This document shows positions 16,049-25,885 of a stretch of DNA of 30,457 nucleotides, piece after piece. The translations under genes were made by a program, and so were the position numbers. Within the stretch, counting starts at the first letter, position 1. Each line of letters begins with the position of its first letter. The DNA comes from Candidatus Bathyarchaeota archaeon. Its GTDB lineage: Archaea; Thermoproteota; Bathyarchaeia; TCS64; CBFDTC01. The DNA lies in the NCBI GenBank assembly GCA_965612785.1, contig CBFDTC010000007.1, positions 1 to 30,457 on the forward strand. Direction: 5' to 3'. Below the pieces are notes generated by a model, which saw only the letters and a program-made list of their open reading frames with translations, did not search any database and had not been told where the DNA came from.

Positions 16049-18547
16049 TCAGTCGGGTATCTTGACCCCGTCGAGGGAGAGCATCCTGACGTATAGTGGG
16101 TCGTAGACGAGGTAGGCTCTTCCACCGGTTATGTCGGTTATCATGAACGGGAGCAGCTTGTCGACGACGTACCTGTCCATCCTCGGGAGCTTCAGGGATA
16201 TGGATGAGGATCCTTCGAACATCGTCACCTTCCTGTAGAAGCTCGGCTTGGAGAACCTCACGTCCGGCTCGACGTCTATCGATATTATCGGTATGCCCTT
16301 CTTCCTCGACAGGTGGGAGACCCATAGGACGTCTCTGACGGGTGCCATCGCCTCCTTTCCTTCACGCTTGAACAACGGTACGTTCGGGTGGAAGTCTGAT
16401 ATGACTATTATCAAGGGCTCGACCTCCTGTCTTCTCAAAGTCTCCCACTCCAGCATCCTCAAGCCCTTAAGCATTCCAGCCGCCAGCGGAGTGTAGCCTC
16501 CAGTCCTGAGGGCGCTTACCTTGGCCGCCACCACCTCCAGGTTGGTCGTCGGATGCTGGACTATCAGAGCCCCATCGTGCTTCAGGGCCACTATGCCAAC
16601 CCTGTCCCTGGCCTTGTACATCCTCTTGAACAGCCAGTTGAACACAAGCCAAGTCGCTCTGGACGCTAATTCCATCGAGCCGCTCAGGTCGAGGACTAGG
16701 CTGAGCGACATCGGGACGTCCGGGGACCTGACACGCTCCATCACGTCGTACCTGGTTATGCAAACCTTCGGCTCCCCCTCCCTGTTTACCCTACCCCTCG
16801 AAACCGCCGTCCTTATCGTGGCGGGTATGTGGATGTCCCTCGGCCTCCCTTTTGGAGGCCTCCAGGAGACGGTCCTACCCCTCTCCGGGGCTCGTCTCCA
16901 GCGAACGCCGATGCGGGAGCCCTTCCCACCCCTACGTCCCCACGTGAACCTGTAGCTGTGAGGGGCGTACTCCTTCACGTAGTCTCCGAGGGATGAGAGG
17001 TACTCCTTAAGCCTCGTGAAGGGGAGGGGGGAGAGAAACGGCCTGCCATAGGTAACGGCGGACGGCGGTATCGTGAACCGGGACGCCGTCCCAGGCCCAA
17101 TCAGGTTGAGCGCCCTACGTCCCATCGAAAACTTCGGCATATTCTTCGCCTTCCTCAACACAGCGATAATCGGAGGAATCTTCTTCGACAGGAAGAAGAG
17201 AAGAGCCATGGTGCCCAACGCAGCGGCAACGACCAGAGCCAGGCTGGGCCACGACAACGTGACGTGTCTCAGCAGTATGAACATGACGAGGACGGCCGTG
17301 GCTGCCATGACCAATATGTTCAGAAGCCTCTCCCCGAGTCTGCCGAGCGTCACCAAGGGGCCACGGCCTAAGGGCTGCATCCTGGTGGCCTCTACGCTCT
17401 TGTCGGTCACGGGCTTATCCAACGGCTTGAGCAGGTTCTGCCTTCCGGGAGGAACCTGAGGGGGGGTCTCTACACCCCCGGTCTGGACGGTCACGGGCCT
17501 CATCTCGACGAGCCTTTTCCTCAAGGCCTTCTCGATCTCCTCAGGCCTGGCCGGCTCCAGTAGGCCCTTGCTCCTCGTCCTGTGGCTTATGGCGAGCTTA
17601 GCGGCGAGTATGAGGTCCTCCGGCTCGACGACCTCCCTACCGTTGTAGGCTGCTATGGCCTTGGCCGCCATGCACATCACTATGTCCGGCCTCATTCCGT
17701 CCACCTTCAGGTCGAGGGCTGTTCTGGAGGCGACCCTTATCAGGTACTCGGGTATCCTAACCTTCGGCAGGAGTTCCTTGGCCTTGATTATGCGTCTCCT
17801 TATCTCCTCGTTCTTCGGCTCCCACTTCTTCCTGAAGCCCTCCGGATCCGTCTCGAACTCCAGGTTTCGCTTGACTATTTCAACCCTATCCTCAAGCGAC
17901 TGTATGTTCTCGACCTCGACGTGGAGGGCGAACCTGTCGAGCAGCTGGGGTCTGAGTTCGCCTTCCTCGGGGTTCATAGTCCCTACCAGGATGAACCTGG
18001 CTGGGTGGGAGACGGATATGCCCTCACGTTCGACTACGTTTACCCCCATGGCGGCGGCGTCCAACAGGTCGTCCACGATGTAGTCGGGCAGGAGGTTAAC
18101 CTCGTCCACGTAGAGGATGTTCCTGTGGGCCTCGGCCAGTATGCCCGGCTGGAAGCTCTCGACGCCGTGTTTTATGGCCTTCTCTACGTCTATGCTACCC
18201 ACAACCCTGTCCTCGGTGGCGCTGAGGGGGAGCGTCACGACACGCATCTTACGCCTCTCGACGGGGAGCTCCTTACCGCTCTCGTAGAGCTTTCTACACT
18301 TCGGACACATCTCCCTCGGGTCTCTGGGGTTGCAGTTGAAGGGGCATCCCTTGACAACCTCTATCTCCGGAAGCAGGTCGGCGAAGGCCCTGACGATGGT
18401 GGACTTACCCGTCCCCTTCGGGCCTCTTATGAGGACGCCGCCTATCCTCGGGTTTATGGCGTTTATGATCAGGGCTAATTTGAGCTCCTCTAAGCCAACG
18501 ATGGCCGCAAACGGGTAGACTGGAGGATGCTCGGACAACCTCTCCAA
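16049..18547 (-). CDS. ChlI/BchI-type AAA+ ATPase fused through two predicted TM helices to a ChlD-like von Willebrand A domain (chelatase-like)
   Basis: N-terminal [40 protein letters not shown], Walker [10 protein letters not shown] and [23 protein letters not shown]. Hydrophobic segments lie at aa ~408-426 and 433-453. The C-terminal MIDAS motif is LVLDLSGSM, followed by GGYTPLA. Confidence 0.75.
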   Translation of the reverse strand: MERLSEHPPVYPFAAIVGLEELKLALIINAINPRIGGVLIRGPKGTGKSTIVRAFADLLPEIEVVKGCPFNCNPRDPREMCPKCRKLYESGKELPVERRKMRVVTLPLSATEDRVVGSIDVEKAIKHGVESFQPGILAEAHRNILYVDEVNLLPDYIVDDLLDAAAMGVNVVEREGISVSHPARFILVGTMNPEEGELRPQLLDRFALHVEVENIQSLEDRVEIVKRNLEFETDPEGFRKKWEPKNEEIRRRIIKAKELLPKVRIPEYLIRVASRTALDLKVDGMRPDIVMCMAAKAIAAYNGREVVEPEDLILAAKLAISHRTRSKGLLEPARPEEIEKALRKRLVEMRPVTVQTGGVETPPQVPPGRQNLLKPLDKPVTDKSVEATRMQPLGRGPLVTLGRLGERLLNILVMAATAVLVMFILLRHVTLSWPSLALVVAAALGTMALLFFLSKKIPPIIAVLRKAKNMPKFSMGRRALNLIGPGTASRFTIPPSAVTYGRPFLSPLPFTRLKEYLSSLGDYVKEYAPHSYRFTWGRRGGKGSRIGVRWRRAPERGRTVSWRPPKGRPRDIHIPATIRTAVSRGRVNREGEPKVCITRYDVMERVRSPDVPMSLSLVLDLSGSMELASRATWLVFNWLFKRMYKARDRVGIVALKHDGALIVQHPTTNLEVVAAKVSALRTGGYTPLAAGMLKGLRMLEWETLRRQEVEPLIIVISDFHPNVPLFKREGKEAMAPVRDVLWVSHLSRKKGIPIISIDVEPDVRFSKPSFYRKVTMFEGSSSISLKLPRMDRYVVDKLLPFMITDITGGRAYLVYDPLYVRMLSLDGVKIPD

Positions 18548-18600
18548 GTTCTGAACCGCATGCGACGTTAAAATACGTTTTCATGTTCGATTAAACATGG

Positions 18601-19245
18601 ATGTCCTGGATCGTCTTCAAGCGCAGGGAAGTGTTGGAGCTCACGGTCTCCTGGGTAGCCCTCTCCGCCTCGTTTTCGATGGGTGCCTTCAGAGCGATAG
18701 CCTTCTTCAAGCCGCCGGGATACCCATACCTCATGCTCTCAACCTTCCTACAGTACCTCCTCCTGATAGGCCTCGCCTTCATACCCCATGAACTCGCCCA
18801 CAAGCTCACAGCCCAACGTATGGGGTACCTAGCCAGCTTCAGACTGTGGTCGTGGGGCCTGGCCATGGCCGTCCTGACAGGCTTCCTCACGGGAGGGATG
18901 TTCGTCATGGCCGCTCCAGGAGCCGTGTACATCCTCCCCCTGGCGGCCATCGTGTCGAGGGAGTTCGTACCCGACAGGAGGGTGAGCGGGCTGATAGCGC
19001 TGGCAGGCCCTTCAGCCAACATGGCCCTGGCCGTGGCCTTCGCCCTCCTCCGAATCCCGTTTGGGGCGCCCATACTCTCGGCTGGGTTGAGGGTGAACCT
19101 CTACCTAACCCTGTTCAACATGCTCCCCCTACCCATGCTCGACGGGTTGAAGGTCTTCTCGTGGAACAAGCCCGTGTGGGCTCTGATGACCGTCACGCCG
19201 GCTGTCTGGCTCGCCTTCCTCACGGGCTTCCTGAGGATTGGATGA
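18601..19245 (+). CDS. Site-2-protease-like membrane metalloprotease (peptidase M50 family)
   Basis: HELAHKL (HExxH) sits inside a TM helix. The protein is polytopic, 214 aa, and carries a C-terminal LPLPMLDG motif. Confidence 0.7.
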   Translation: MSWIVFKRREVLELTVSWVALSASFSMGAFRAIAFFKPPGYPYLMLSTFLQYLLLIGLAFIPHELAHKLTAQRMGYLASFRLWSWGLAMAVLTGFLTGGMFVMAAPGAVYILPLAAIVSREFVPDRRVSGLIALAGPSANMALAVAFALLRIPFGAPILSAGLRVNLYLTLFNMLPLPMLDGLKVFSWNKPVWALMTVTPAVWLAFLTGFLRIG

Positions 19246-19280
19246 ACATTTAAGACGAGCCACGTCCTTTTCCCTCTTAG

Positions 19281-19952
19281 GTGACCGAGTTGAGGATCAA
19301 GTGGCTCGGCCACGCAGCCTTCCAGGTGGAATCGGAGGACGGCGTGCTGTACATAGACCCGTGGCTCGAGAACCCGATGTCCCCTGTGAAGCCCTCGGAT
19401 GTGGACAGGGCTGACGTGATAGTCGTAACCCACGACCACCACGACCACCTCGGAAACACGGTCGAGATAGCCAAGCGGACCGGGGCCGTGGTCGTCGCCG
19501 TCCCGGAGCTGGCCTCCTACCTCAGCGGCATGGGGGTCGAGACGCATGCCCCCAACATGGGTGCCAAGACTGTTGTGAGGGGTTTCGGCGTTACGCTTGT
19601 GCAGGCGTTCCACACGTGTAGCAGGGGCTTCCCCACGGGGGTCATAGTCGAGACTGAGGGAAAGTCTCTGTACCATATGGGAGACACAGCCATATTCGGG
19701 GGCCTAACGCTGATAGCGGAGCTCTACAAACCGGAAATCGTCATGGTGCCGATAGGAGGGTTCTACACCATGGGACCCATGGAGGCGGCCAAGGCCGTCG
19801 AGATACTCAAGCCCAGGGTGGCCATACCGATGCACTACGGCACGTTCCCGGTCCTCGTGAAGACGCCCGACGAGTTCGTCAAGCTCGTCCGGGAGAGAGC
19901 TCCGGAGGTTAGGGTGCTAACTCTAAAGCCCGGTGGGGTGTACGAGGAGTAG
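19281..19952 (+). CDS. UPF0173-type metal-dependent hydrolase (MBL fold)
   Basis: IKWLGHAAFQVE, DPWL, VTHDHHDHLG and IPMHYGTFP. 223 aa with a GTG start. Confidence 0.8.
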   Translation: MTELRIKWLGHAAFQVESEDGVLYIDPWLENPMSPVKPSDVDRADVIVVTHDHHDHLGNTVEIAKRTGAVVVAVPELASYLSGMGVETHAPNMGAKTVVRGFGVTLVQAFHTCSRGFPTGVIVETEGKSLYHMGDTAIFGGLTLIAELYKPEIVMVPIGGFYTMGPMEAAKAVEILKPRVAIPMHYGTFPVLVKTPDEFVKLVRERAPEVRVLTLKPGGVYEE

Positions 19953-19961
19953 CGGTGGTTC

Positions 19962-20849
19962 TTGTTGGACGAGCGTGAAGCCTACCTCAGAGCAGGCCTG
20001 ATAGCGTCGAAAGTCAAGGAGGAGGTAAGGAGCAGGGTTAAGGTCGGGGCGAGCATACTGGAGATATGCGAGTTCGTCGAGAGACGGATAAGGGAGCTCG
20101 GAGGAGAGCCTGCCTTCCCATGCAACGTGGGTGTGAACCACATCGCAGCCCACTACACATCGCCCCCCGGAGACCCGAAGACCATACCAGACGGAGCCCT
20201 GGTCAAGGTGGACCTCGGAGTCCACGTGGACGGATACATAGCCGACACGGCGTTCACCGTGTCTTTCAACCCTGAGCTGGAGCCCCTCGTCGAGGCCGTG
20301 GAGACGGCTTTGGATGCGGCCGTGGAGGCCGCTAGGGCCGGTGTGAGGGTCTCCTCCATAGGGGCAATCATAGAGGCGAAGATAAGGGGGATGGGGTTCA
20401 AGCCCATAAGAAACCTGACTGGACATGGGCTGGCGAGGTACACGATACACTCTGGGGAGGTCATCCCGAACGTGCCCACAGGCCACAGGGGTAGACTGAA
20501 GGAGGGTAGGGCATACGCCATAGAGCCCTTCGCCACCACCAGGTCCGGACACGGGGAGGTGGCCGGAGCCCCCGAAAGGTACATATTCAGGCTCGTGAAG
20601 CTGAAGCGCATCGGTGGGATGGCTGGGGAGATGCTGGAGTACATAAACGAGCGTTTCAAGACGCTGCCCTTCTCTGAGAGGTGGCTCGTGGAGAGGTTCC
20701 CTCAGGGCAGGACGGAGGCGCTGTCAACCCTGTTAAGGTCTAAGGCCCTGATGGCCTACCAGGTGCTCGTGGAGAGGAGCTTGAGGCCGGTCGCCCAGGC
20801 GGAGCACACGATAATCGTCGAGAGGGATGGGTGCATCGTCATAACCTGA
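19962..20849 (+). CDS. map: Methionine aminopeptidase, type 2 (archaeal)
   Basis: A 295 aa pita-bread fold pattern: AFPCNVGVNHIAAHYTS, VKVDLGVHVDGYIADTAFTV, GHGL..Y.IH and AQAEHTIIV. Confidence 0.85.
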   Translation: MLDEREAYLRAGLIASKVKEEVRSRVKVGASILEICEFVERRIRELGGEPAFPCNVGVNHIAAHYTSPPGDPKTIPDGALVKVDLGVHVDGYIADTAFTVSFNPELEPLVEAVETALDAAVEAARAGVRVSSIGAIIEAKIRGMGFKPIRNLTGHGLARYTIHSGEVIPNVPTGHRGRLKEGRAYAIEPFATTRSGHGEVAGAPERYIFRLVKLKRIGGMAGEMLEYINERFKTLPFSERWLVERFPQGRTEALSTLLRSKALMAYQVLVERSLRPVAQAEHTIIVERDGCIVIT

Positions 20850-21132
20850 CCTTACCCTTAACCCTCGCGAATATCTTCGTTATCACCATCGGCCCACCAC
20901 ATCTCTTACAGGGCCCCTCCTCCTTGAACACGTAGTCGCCTCTCTTGAACATCCTGATCTCCTTGAGCTTACACTTGGCGCACTCCAAAACGGTGACGAT
21001 CTCGGATTCCTGGGGCTTCGAGGTGGGCATGAGCATCTTGAACAGGAAGAAGAGCAGGGCCGCCATCAGGAGGCCGAGTAGCATCATGTTGATCTCCGTA
21101 GACCCCGGGTTGAAGAGCACTGGACCGTGCAT
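20839..21132 (-). CDS. Small membrane-anchored zinc-ribbon protein
   Basis: One TM helix (MMLLGLLMAALLFFLF), then CAKC...CKRCGG. It sits 7 nt downstream of the preceding gene. The true start may be Met-16 (21087). Confidence 0.55.
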   Translation of the reverse strand: MHGPVLFNPGSTEINMMLLGLLMAALLFFLFKMLMPTSKPQESEIVTVLECAKCKLKEIRMFKRGDYVFKEEGPCKRCGGPMVITKIFARVKGKVRL

Positions 21133-21138
21133 GGCGTA

Positions 21139-22281
21139 TCACTGTCCTATTCCTATCGTGTTCCCGACGCCTGCCACTATAACCACGCCTCCCTTCTCGA
21201 CTCTGTCGGCTATGAACCTCTTTATGGCTTCGATAACCCTGTCAGCTGCGTTGGCTATCTCCTCCTTCATCGGGGATATGGCCTCGCTTATGTCCTCCTT
21301 TATCACGATGGCGTTCGTCGGAATCTTGTACTTCAACGCTATCTCCTCTATCTTGTACCTCTCAACCCCCACGCCACCTATGGCGGCCCCGATCCCCTCG
21401 GCCACGTCGCCCGTCTTCTCACCCTCAAGCTTCAGGGCGGCGTCCACCATTATGATCGAGGAGACCCTCCCACCCTCCTCCTCTATGATCCTCAGAACTG
21501 CGTCTCCAGGCTTGCCCACGTTTCCGCCTGGACCCTCAGCCTTGACCACGTACACTGTTCTACCGTCCACGTCTATCTTCGCCGCTATCGTGTCCCTAGC
21601 GACCCTCCTCCAGCTCCCGCCGTTGGCGAGCTTGGCCGCCACGAGGGGGCCTATGCCGTCTCCGATAGGGACGCCCTTCGAGAACGCCTTCAGGGCGTTC
21701 ATGTAGGCGTTGGCGTACTTCATTATCGTCGGCATGAGCATCTGTAGCTGGAGTATGATGTACAGGCTCATCGTCTTCTTTCCAAGCAGGTAGTAGTGGC
21801 GGGTTATCTTGTAGATGGAGTTCAGTGCCATCGCAGCCTCAACCATGTTCTCCAGGTTGTGAAGCTCGCTCTCGCTGGCCTTGGGAGAAATCTCCCTGAT
21901 CTCCTGCCTAAACCTCTCCTCCCTGACGTTCATCAGGTGCTCGAGCTTCCACACGATGCCAGCCGGATCCAAGTCCACAGGCTCTATCATGAAGTACTCG
22001 AGGAGGCTGTCCAGCTTAGGAGCTGGATCCCGATCGGGTTTTCCGACCTCCTTTATCGTCTCCAGGGCTATGGCCCTACCCTCATCACGCATACGCCTGA
22101 TCTTCTCCAGCGAAACCTCGATCTTCTTCAACGTCATGAGAGACTGTATCTGCTGACCGTAAAACAGGAACACTATGAACGCTATCGTGAATATCAACTG
22201 CACTACCGTGTTCAGAAGTCCACCCTGCTGGAACAGCTGACCGACCCTGCCGAACATCCACCCATAGCCCCGCAACCCCAT
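21139..22281 (-). CDS. Conserved archaeal membrane-anchored protein (DUF1512-like; family recalled from memory)
   Basis: The long ORF has an N-terminal TM (LLNTVVQLIFTIAFIVFLFYG) and a soluble C-terminal domain. Start moved to Met-19 (22281), because the track ORF's first 18 codons overlap the 5S rRNA gene. Confidence 0.65.
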   Translation of the reverse strand: MGLRGYGWMFGRVGQLFQQGGLLNTVVQLIFTIAFIVFLFYGQQIQSLMTLKKIEVSLEKIRRMRDEGRAIALETIKEVGKPDRDPAPKLDSLLEYFMIEPVDLDPAGIVWKLEHLMNVREERFRQEIREISPKASESELHNLENMVEAAMALNSIYKITRHYYLLGKKTMSLYIILQLQMLMPTIMKYANAYMNALKAFSKGVPIGDGIGPLVAAKLANGGSWRRVARDTIAAKIDVDGRTVYVVKAEGPGGNVGKPGDAVLRIIEEEGGRVSSIIMVDAALKLEGEKTGDVAEGIGAAIGGVGVERYKIEEIALKYKIPTNAIVIKEDISEAISPMKEEIANAADRVIEAIKRFIADRVEKGGVVIVAGVGNTIGIGQ

Positions 22282-22288
22282 GGGAAGC

Positions 22289-22409
22289 GGCCGCCAGCTT
22301 CCCCGGCTTCGCGTGGCCGAAGACCACACTACCACCGGGGACGGAGGGCGGTTTAACTTCCGAGTTCGGAATGGGTTCGGGTGGGACCCGCCCCCTTTGG
22401 CCGGCGGCC
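22289..22409 (-). rRNA. rrf: 5S ribosomal RNA (stand-alone gene)
   Basis: The minus strand reads GGCCGCCGGCCAAAGGGGGCGGGTCCCACCCGAACCCATTCCGAACTCGGAAGTTAAACCGCCC...GCTGGCGGCC. It contains the universal CCGAAC..GGAAGTTAAGC-type core and a 10 bp terminal helix. 121 nt. Confidence 0.9.
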
Positions 22410-22432
22410 AGAATAATGGATGTTGGCGGAGG

Positions 22433-22440
22433 AATTTAAA
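22433..22440 (-). promoter_or_regulatory. TATA box (TTTAAATT) for 5S rRNA
   Basis: It lies 23 nt upstream of the 5S terminal helix, in the short gap after endA. Confidence 0.5.
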
Positions 22441-22455
22441 CTTGTTGTGTTCGCT

Positions 22456-23007
22456 TTAGGGCCTCCACCACCTGAAGCCGACGTAGGTAACTTTCCCGTC
22501 CTCCAGGTTCGGGATGGCGGTTATGAACGTCTTCCTGACGGTCGTGGCCAGCCGTCCAGACCTGACGACGTCCGGGGCCTCCAGAGGCTCGTCTCGGCTT
22601 CTGACGTGGACTATGTAGGGTGCGTGGTCTATCCCAGGCCCCTTCCTATACACTGCGAAGTCGCATCCGTACTTTATTCCCGGAGTGGCTATCAAGCCCC
22701 TGTCCCTAAGGTCCTTGTAGACGAGGTACTTCATGTCGAAACGTTCATACAGGCTCCTGGCGACCTCCCGGAGCTCCCCGGCGTCCACCTCACGTCCGTC
22801 GGGCTTGACAACCCTTATGACACCCTTCTCCAGGAGGTAGAGACCCTCTATCAAGTCCAGTATGAGGGGGGCGTCGAAGCTGGCGTCCTTCGGCTTAGGG
22901 ACTCCGAGGGGCTTACCGTAGAAGCCCATCCTGAACAGCTTCCTACCGTCCTCCGTGTTCCAGACTACGAGCCTGTTCTCCAGGAGCTGAACCTCTATCC
23001 GAGCCAA
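22456..23007 (-). CDS. endA: tRNA-splicing endonuclease (catalytic subunit type)
   Basis: A 183 aa protein. The N-terminal domain reads LLENRLVVWNTEDGRKLFRMGFYGKPLG. The C-terminal catalytic block reads YLVYKDLRDRGLIATPGIKYGCDFAVYRKGPGIDHAPYIVHV. Confidence 0.85.
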   Translation of the reverse strand: MARIEVQLLENRLVVWNTEDGRKLFRMGFYGKPLGVPKPKDASFDAPLILDLIEGLYLLEKGVIRVVKPDGREVDAGELREVARSLYERFDMKYLVYKDLRDRGLIATPGIKYGCDFAVYRKGPGIDHAPYIVHVRSRDEPLEAPDVVRSGRLATTVRKTFITAIPNLEDGKVTYVGFRWWRP

Positions 23008-23018
23008 GTCGGCTCCAC

Positions 23019-23693
23019 CTACAGCGACAGTATCCTTATCAGGTCAGCCGCATCCTCGGCCCTGTCCGCTATGCTCTCGAGCAGGGCGGTTATGTCTCTG
23101 AGAAGCAGTATGGTGTGCAGGGGCATGCCGCTGCTTATTATGTGCAGGTCCACCTCCCGGTATATCCTGTCCACCACGCTTTCGCATTCGTAGACGCTCA
23201 GGGCTATGTTTGAGGCTGCGGAGGAGTTGAAGCTCAGTGCGAGTATGCCCTCCCTGAGCTTGAGCAACGTGTCGAGGGTGGCCTCGGAAAGCCTCGTGAG
23301 GTCCTCGACCACCTTGCGGTCAACCTTCCAGCCCATGTCGGCTATCTCGTAGACCCTGACGCCTACGCCCTCGCAGAAGTCCGTTATCTCCTTTATGGCG
23401 CTGACGAGCCTGTACATGTCCTCGCTGTGGGCTATGAGAGGACTCACCTCGTACAGCTCCATGACGAACCTCCTGCGGAGCTCGGCGGCCTTACACCGGA
23501 TTTCCCTAACCCTTTCAAGGTCTTCTCGGAGGGCTTTCACGTCAGGGTTTGAGAGGGCCGAAACCATCCCGATAACGGCTCTGAACATGTCCAACGCTGC
23601 CCTGACGTGGTCTTGGAATATCGTGAGCAGCCTCCTGAGCTCCCTCTCCTCGTTGGTTGAGAACATAGGCACTTCCCTTTTCCTTTCGGCCAA
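23019..23693 (-). CDS. PhoU-like / DUF47 family protein (COG1392-type)
   Basis: Two helical repeats each end in an acidic signature: SEDMYRLVSAIKEITDFCE and LLRDITALLESIADRAEDAADLI. 224 aa. Confidence 0.65.
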   Translation of the reverse strand: MAERKREVPMFSTNEERELRRLLTIFQDHVRAALDMFRAVIGMVSALSNPDVKALREDLERVREIRCKAAELRRRFVMELYEVSPLIAHSEDMYRLVSAIKEITDFCEGVGVRVYEIADMGWKVDRKVVEDLTRLSEATLDTLLKLREGILALSFNSSAASNIALSVYECESVVDRIYREVDLHIISSGMPLHTILLLRDITALLESIADRAEDAADLIRILSL

Positions 23694-23723
23694 GGGTATA
23701 TTATACGGGCTTTCTGATATAGT

Positions 23724-23945
23724 TTAGGTTTGACCCTTCTCTTTCTTGCTGCTCAACCACCATCGTAGGTACTCCCTACGCTCCCTCCTCAGACGCTCCT
23801 CCTCACTCTCCTCGAAGCCCCTGAGCCTGTCCATGGCCTCGTAGAGCTCCGAGAGAGTGTACACATTCCCACAGCTCTGACACACGTACTGCTTAGTGGA
23901 CGGATCGTACTTCAGGTCTCCACCACACTCAGGGCAGTACGGCAT
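23724..23945 (-). CDS. Small zinc-ribbon protein with a charged helical tail
   Basis: CPECGG...CQSCG, then an E/R-rich helix. 73 aa with an ATG start. Confidence 0.55.
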   Translation of the reverse strand: MPYCPECGGDLKYDPSTKQYVCQSCGNVYTLSELYEAMDRLRGFEESEEERLRRERREYLRWWLSSKKEKGQT

Positions 23946-24013
23946 GGAGCACCCAATACAGATTTAGCAGACGGTTAGTTATTAACGTTAGGCGGAAACT
24001 CTATCTCTGAGCG

Positions 24014-24682
24014 ATGGCCTGGCCCTTCAGACCGAAGCCCATAGACCTCGGAGGCCTGGACAGTAAGCTCAGTGGAATACACCTGATAGAGGGGATAGGC
24101 CTAAGCTCAAACATATACGTAATCGGGTCCAGAGAGCCCACCCTCGTGGACACAGGCGTCGGGGACGAGGTGAACAGCTTAGTCAGGAGCCTCTCCGAGG
24201 TGGGGTTAGAGCCGAACCAGGTTTCCCAGGTCGTGCTTACACACTCCCACTTCGACCACGTGGGGGGGCTGAGGGAACTCCTGGAGGAGGCTGAACCCGT
24301 CATACTCGTCCACGTGGACGAGCTTCCCATGCTGAGGTGGGAGTACTCTTCAAGGGCGAAGGCCGTCCACGACGGAGAAGTCGTCGAGACCGAGCTCGGA
24401 GAGCTCACCGTGATACACACACCCGGCCACACGGCTGGGAGCATATGCCTGCTCGACGGTGGTAGAGAAGCCCTATACTCCGGCGACACGGTGTTCGCAG
24501 ACGGCTTCTTCGGGAGGTACGACATGCCCACGGGAAGCCTCAGAATGCTCGTCGAAAGCCTCGGAAGGCTTTCGGAGCTCAGGGTTGAGGCACTCTTACC
24601 GGGACACGGCAAGGTGGTCGTCAGGGATGGGTGGAGGCACATAAGGGAGGCGGCCAACGCGGCTAGGATGATGTCGCTCTAA
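24014..24682 (+). CDS. MBL-fold metallo-hydrolase (glyoxalase II-like)
   Basis: VLTHSHFDHVGG, HTPGHTAGS and LPGHG motifs. 222 aa. Confidence 0.8.
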   Translation: MAWPFRPKPIDLGGLDSKLSGIHLIEGIGLSSNIYVIGSREPTLVDTGVGDEVNSLVRSLSEVGLEPNQVSQVVLTHSHFDHVGGLRELLEEAEPVILVHVDELPMLRWEYSSRAKAVHDGEVVETELGELTVIHTPGHTAGSICLLDGGREALYSGDTVFADGFFGRYDMPTGSLRMLVESLGRLSELRVEALLPGHGKVVVRDGWRHIREAANAARMMSL

Positions 24683-25872
24683 GCCATCTGTCTCAGCTCC
24701 TCCATGCTCCTCAACCCGACGAGGTGGAGGTTCCCGACGTTCACGTTCCTCAGATGCCTCCTGGCGGCTCTGTAGCAATCCAACACGTCCTTCAGCGGCG
24801 TGACGGGTAGGTCGCTCATCATCCAGTCTGGGTGGAATATCAGCAGGCTGTACGGTATCTCGGGGTTGAGGTCTGCTATGAACTTGGCTATAGCCTCCAC
24901 CTCCAAGGCGTCCACGTACCCAGGAACCAGCAGCGTGGTGGCGGTCAGGACGGGTACGTCGGGCCTCTCGTCGTAGAACTCCTCGGCTATCATCTTGAAG
25001 TTCTCGTAGGCCCTGTCGTTCGGGACTCCGCTCAGGGCTATGCTGAGGTTCCTGTCGAAGCACTTAAGGTCGAACTTTATGTTCCCACCGCTCTCCAGCG
25101 AGAGCTCCGCAGCCCTCCTGACCAACGTTGGGTTTCCACACCCGTTCCACTCGAAGCATATCCTGACCACACGACCACGACACTCCTCCAACACCGCCCT
25201 GGAGGCCCTCACGGCGTAGGGGAGCTGAGGCTCGGGGGAGCCTCCGAAGTAGCATATACACGTTATCCTCCTGTTGGCCCTAACGGTCTCGACGAACTCG
25301 TCCACGTGGACCACGTCGGCCCTCTGGAGCTCCTTGTGGCTGGAGTTCTGGCAGAAGAGGCAGTTGAAGTTGCACCCGTAGAAGAACACAGCCAGGTTGT
25401 AGTACCCGTACTCAGGCCCATCCCTGACGGCGTACTTCGGGTAGCCCAACCCCGTCCCGGCTGGGCAGAACCAGGCTGCGCAACAGTTGGTGACGTGTGG
25501 GTCCAGGTAGGCGTACAGCAGACCCACATCCGGGTTCACGAGCGACCTAAGCCTTCCGTCCACGTTCTCCCGGAGGCCGCAGAACCCTCTCTCGCCGGGG
25601 CCCATGAGACACTCGTTCGAGCAGAGGGCGCATGGGATTCCGCCAGGCGTCTTGGGTGGGGTGGGGGGTAGGCCGTAGGGCTTCCGGGAGGATGCGTGGG
25701 CCTCCAATACGTACGGCATGGCCTCCTCGGGGCGCTCCCTTATACAGTCGACGCACACACCGAGCTGGCGGGATACGGTCTTGGACTTCTTCCCGCAGAC
25801 TCGACACTCTTTTTCCTTGAGCGTGGGGGGCCAGACGAAGCGGTACACCATCAAGAGCTTAGCCGTCTCCAA
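24679..25872 (-). CDS. Radical SAM enzyme, PflA-activase / AmmeMemoRadiSam-like (COG1180)
   Basis: GCNFNCLFCQN cluster motif and N-terminal Cys-rich CRVCGKK...CVDC. 397 aa. It lies 13 nt downstream of guaA. Confidence 0.75.
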   Translation of the reverse strand: METAKLLMVYRFVWPPTLKEKECRVCGKKSKTVSRQLGVCVDCIRERPEEAMPYVLEAHASSRKPYGLPPTPPKTPGGIPCALCSNECLMGPGERGFCGLRENVDGRLRSLVNPDVGLLYAYLDPHVTNCCAAWFCPAGTGLGYPKYAVRDGPEYGYYNLAVFFYGCNFNCLFCQNSSHKELQRADVVHVDEFVETVRANRRITCICYFGGSPEPQLPYAVRASRAVLEECRGRVVRICFEWNGCGNPTLVRRAAELSLESGGNIKFDLKCFDRNLSIALSGVPNDRAYENFKMIAEEFYDERPDVPVLTATTLLVPGYVDALEVEAIAKFIADLNPEIPYSLLIFHPDWMMSDLPVTPLKDVLDCYRAARRHLRNVNVGNLHLVGLRSMEELRQMA

Positions 25873-25885
25873 GCCATATATGTGC

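Noticed and set aside
20945-21747. ORFs 20945-21706 (+) and 21127-21747 (+)
   Set aside because: They are antisense to the DUF1512-like gene and the small Zn-ribbon gene. They have no motifs and low-complexity composition.
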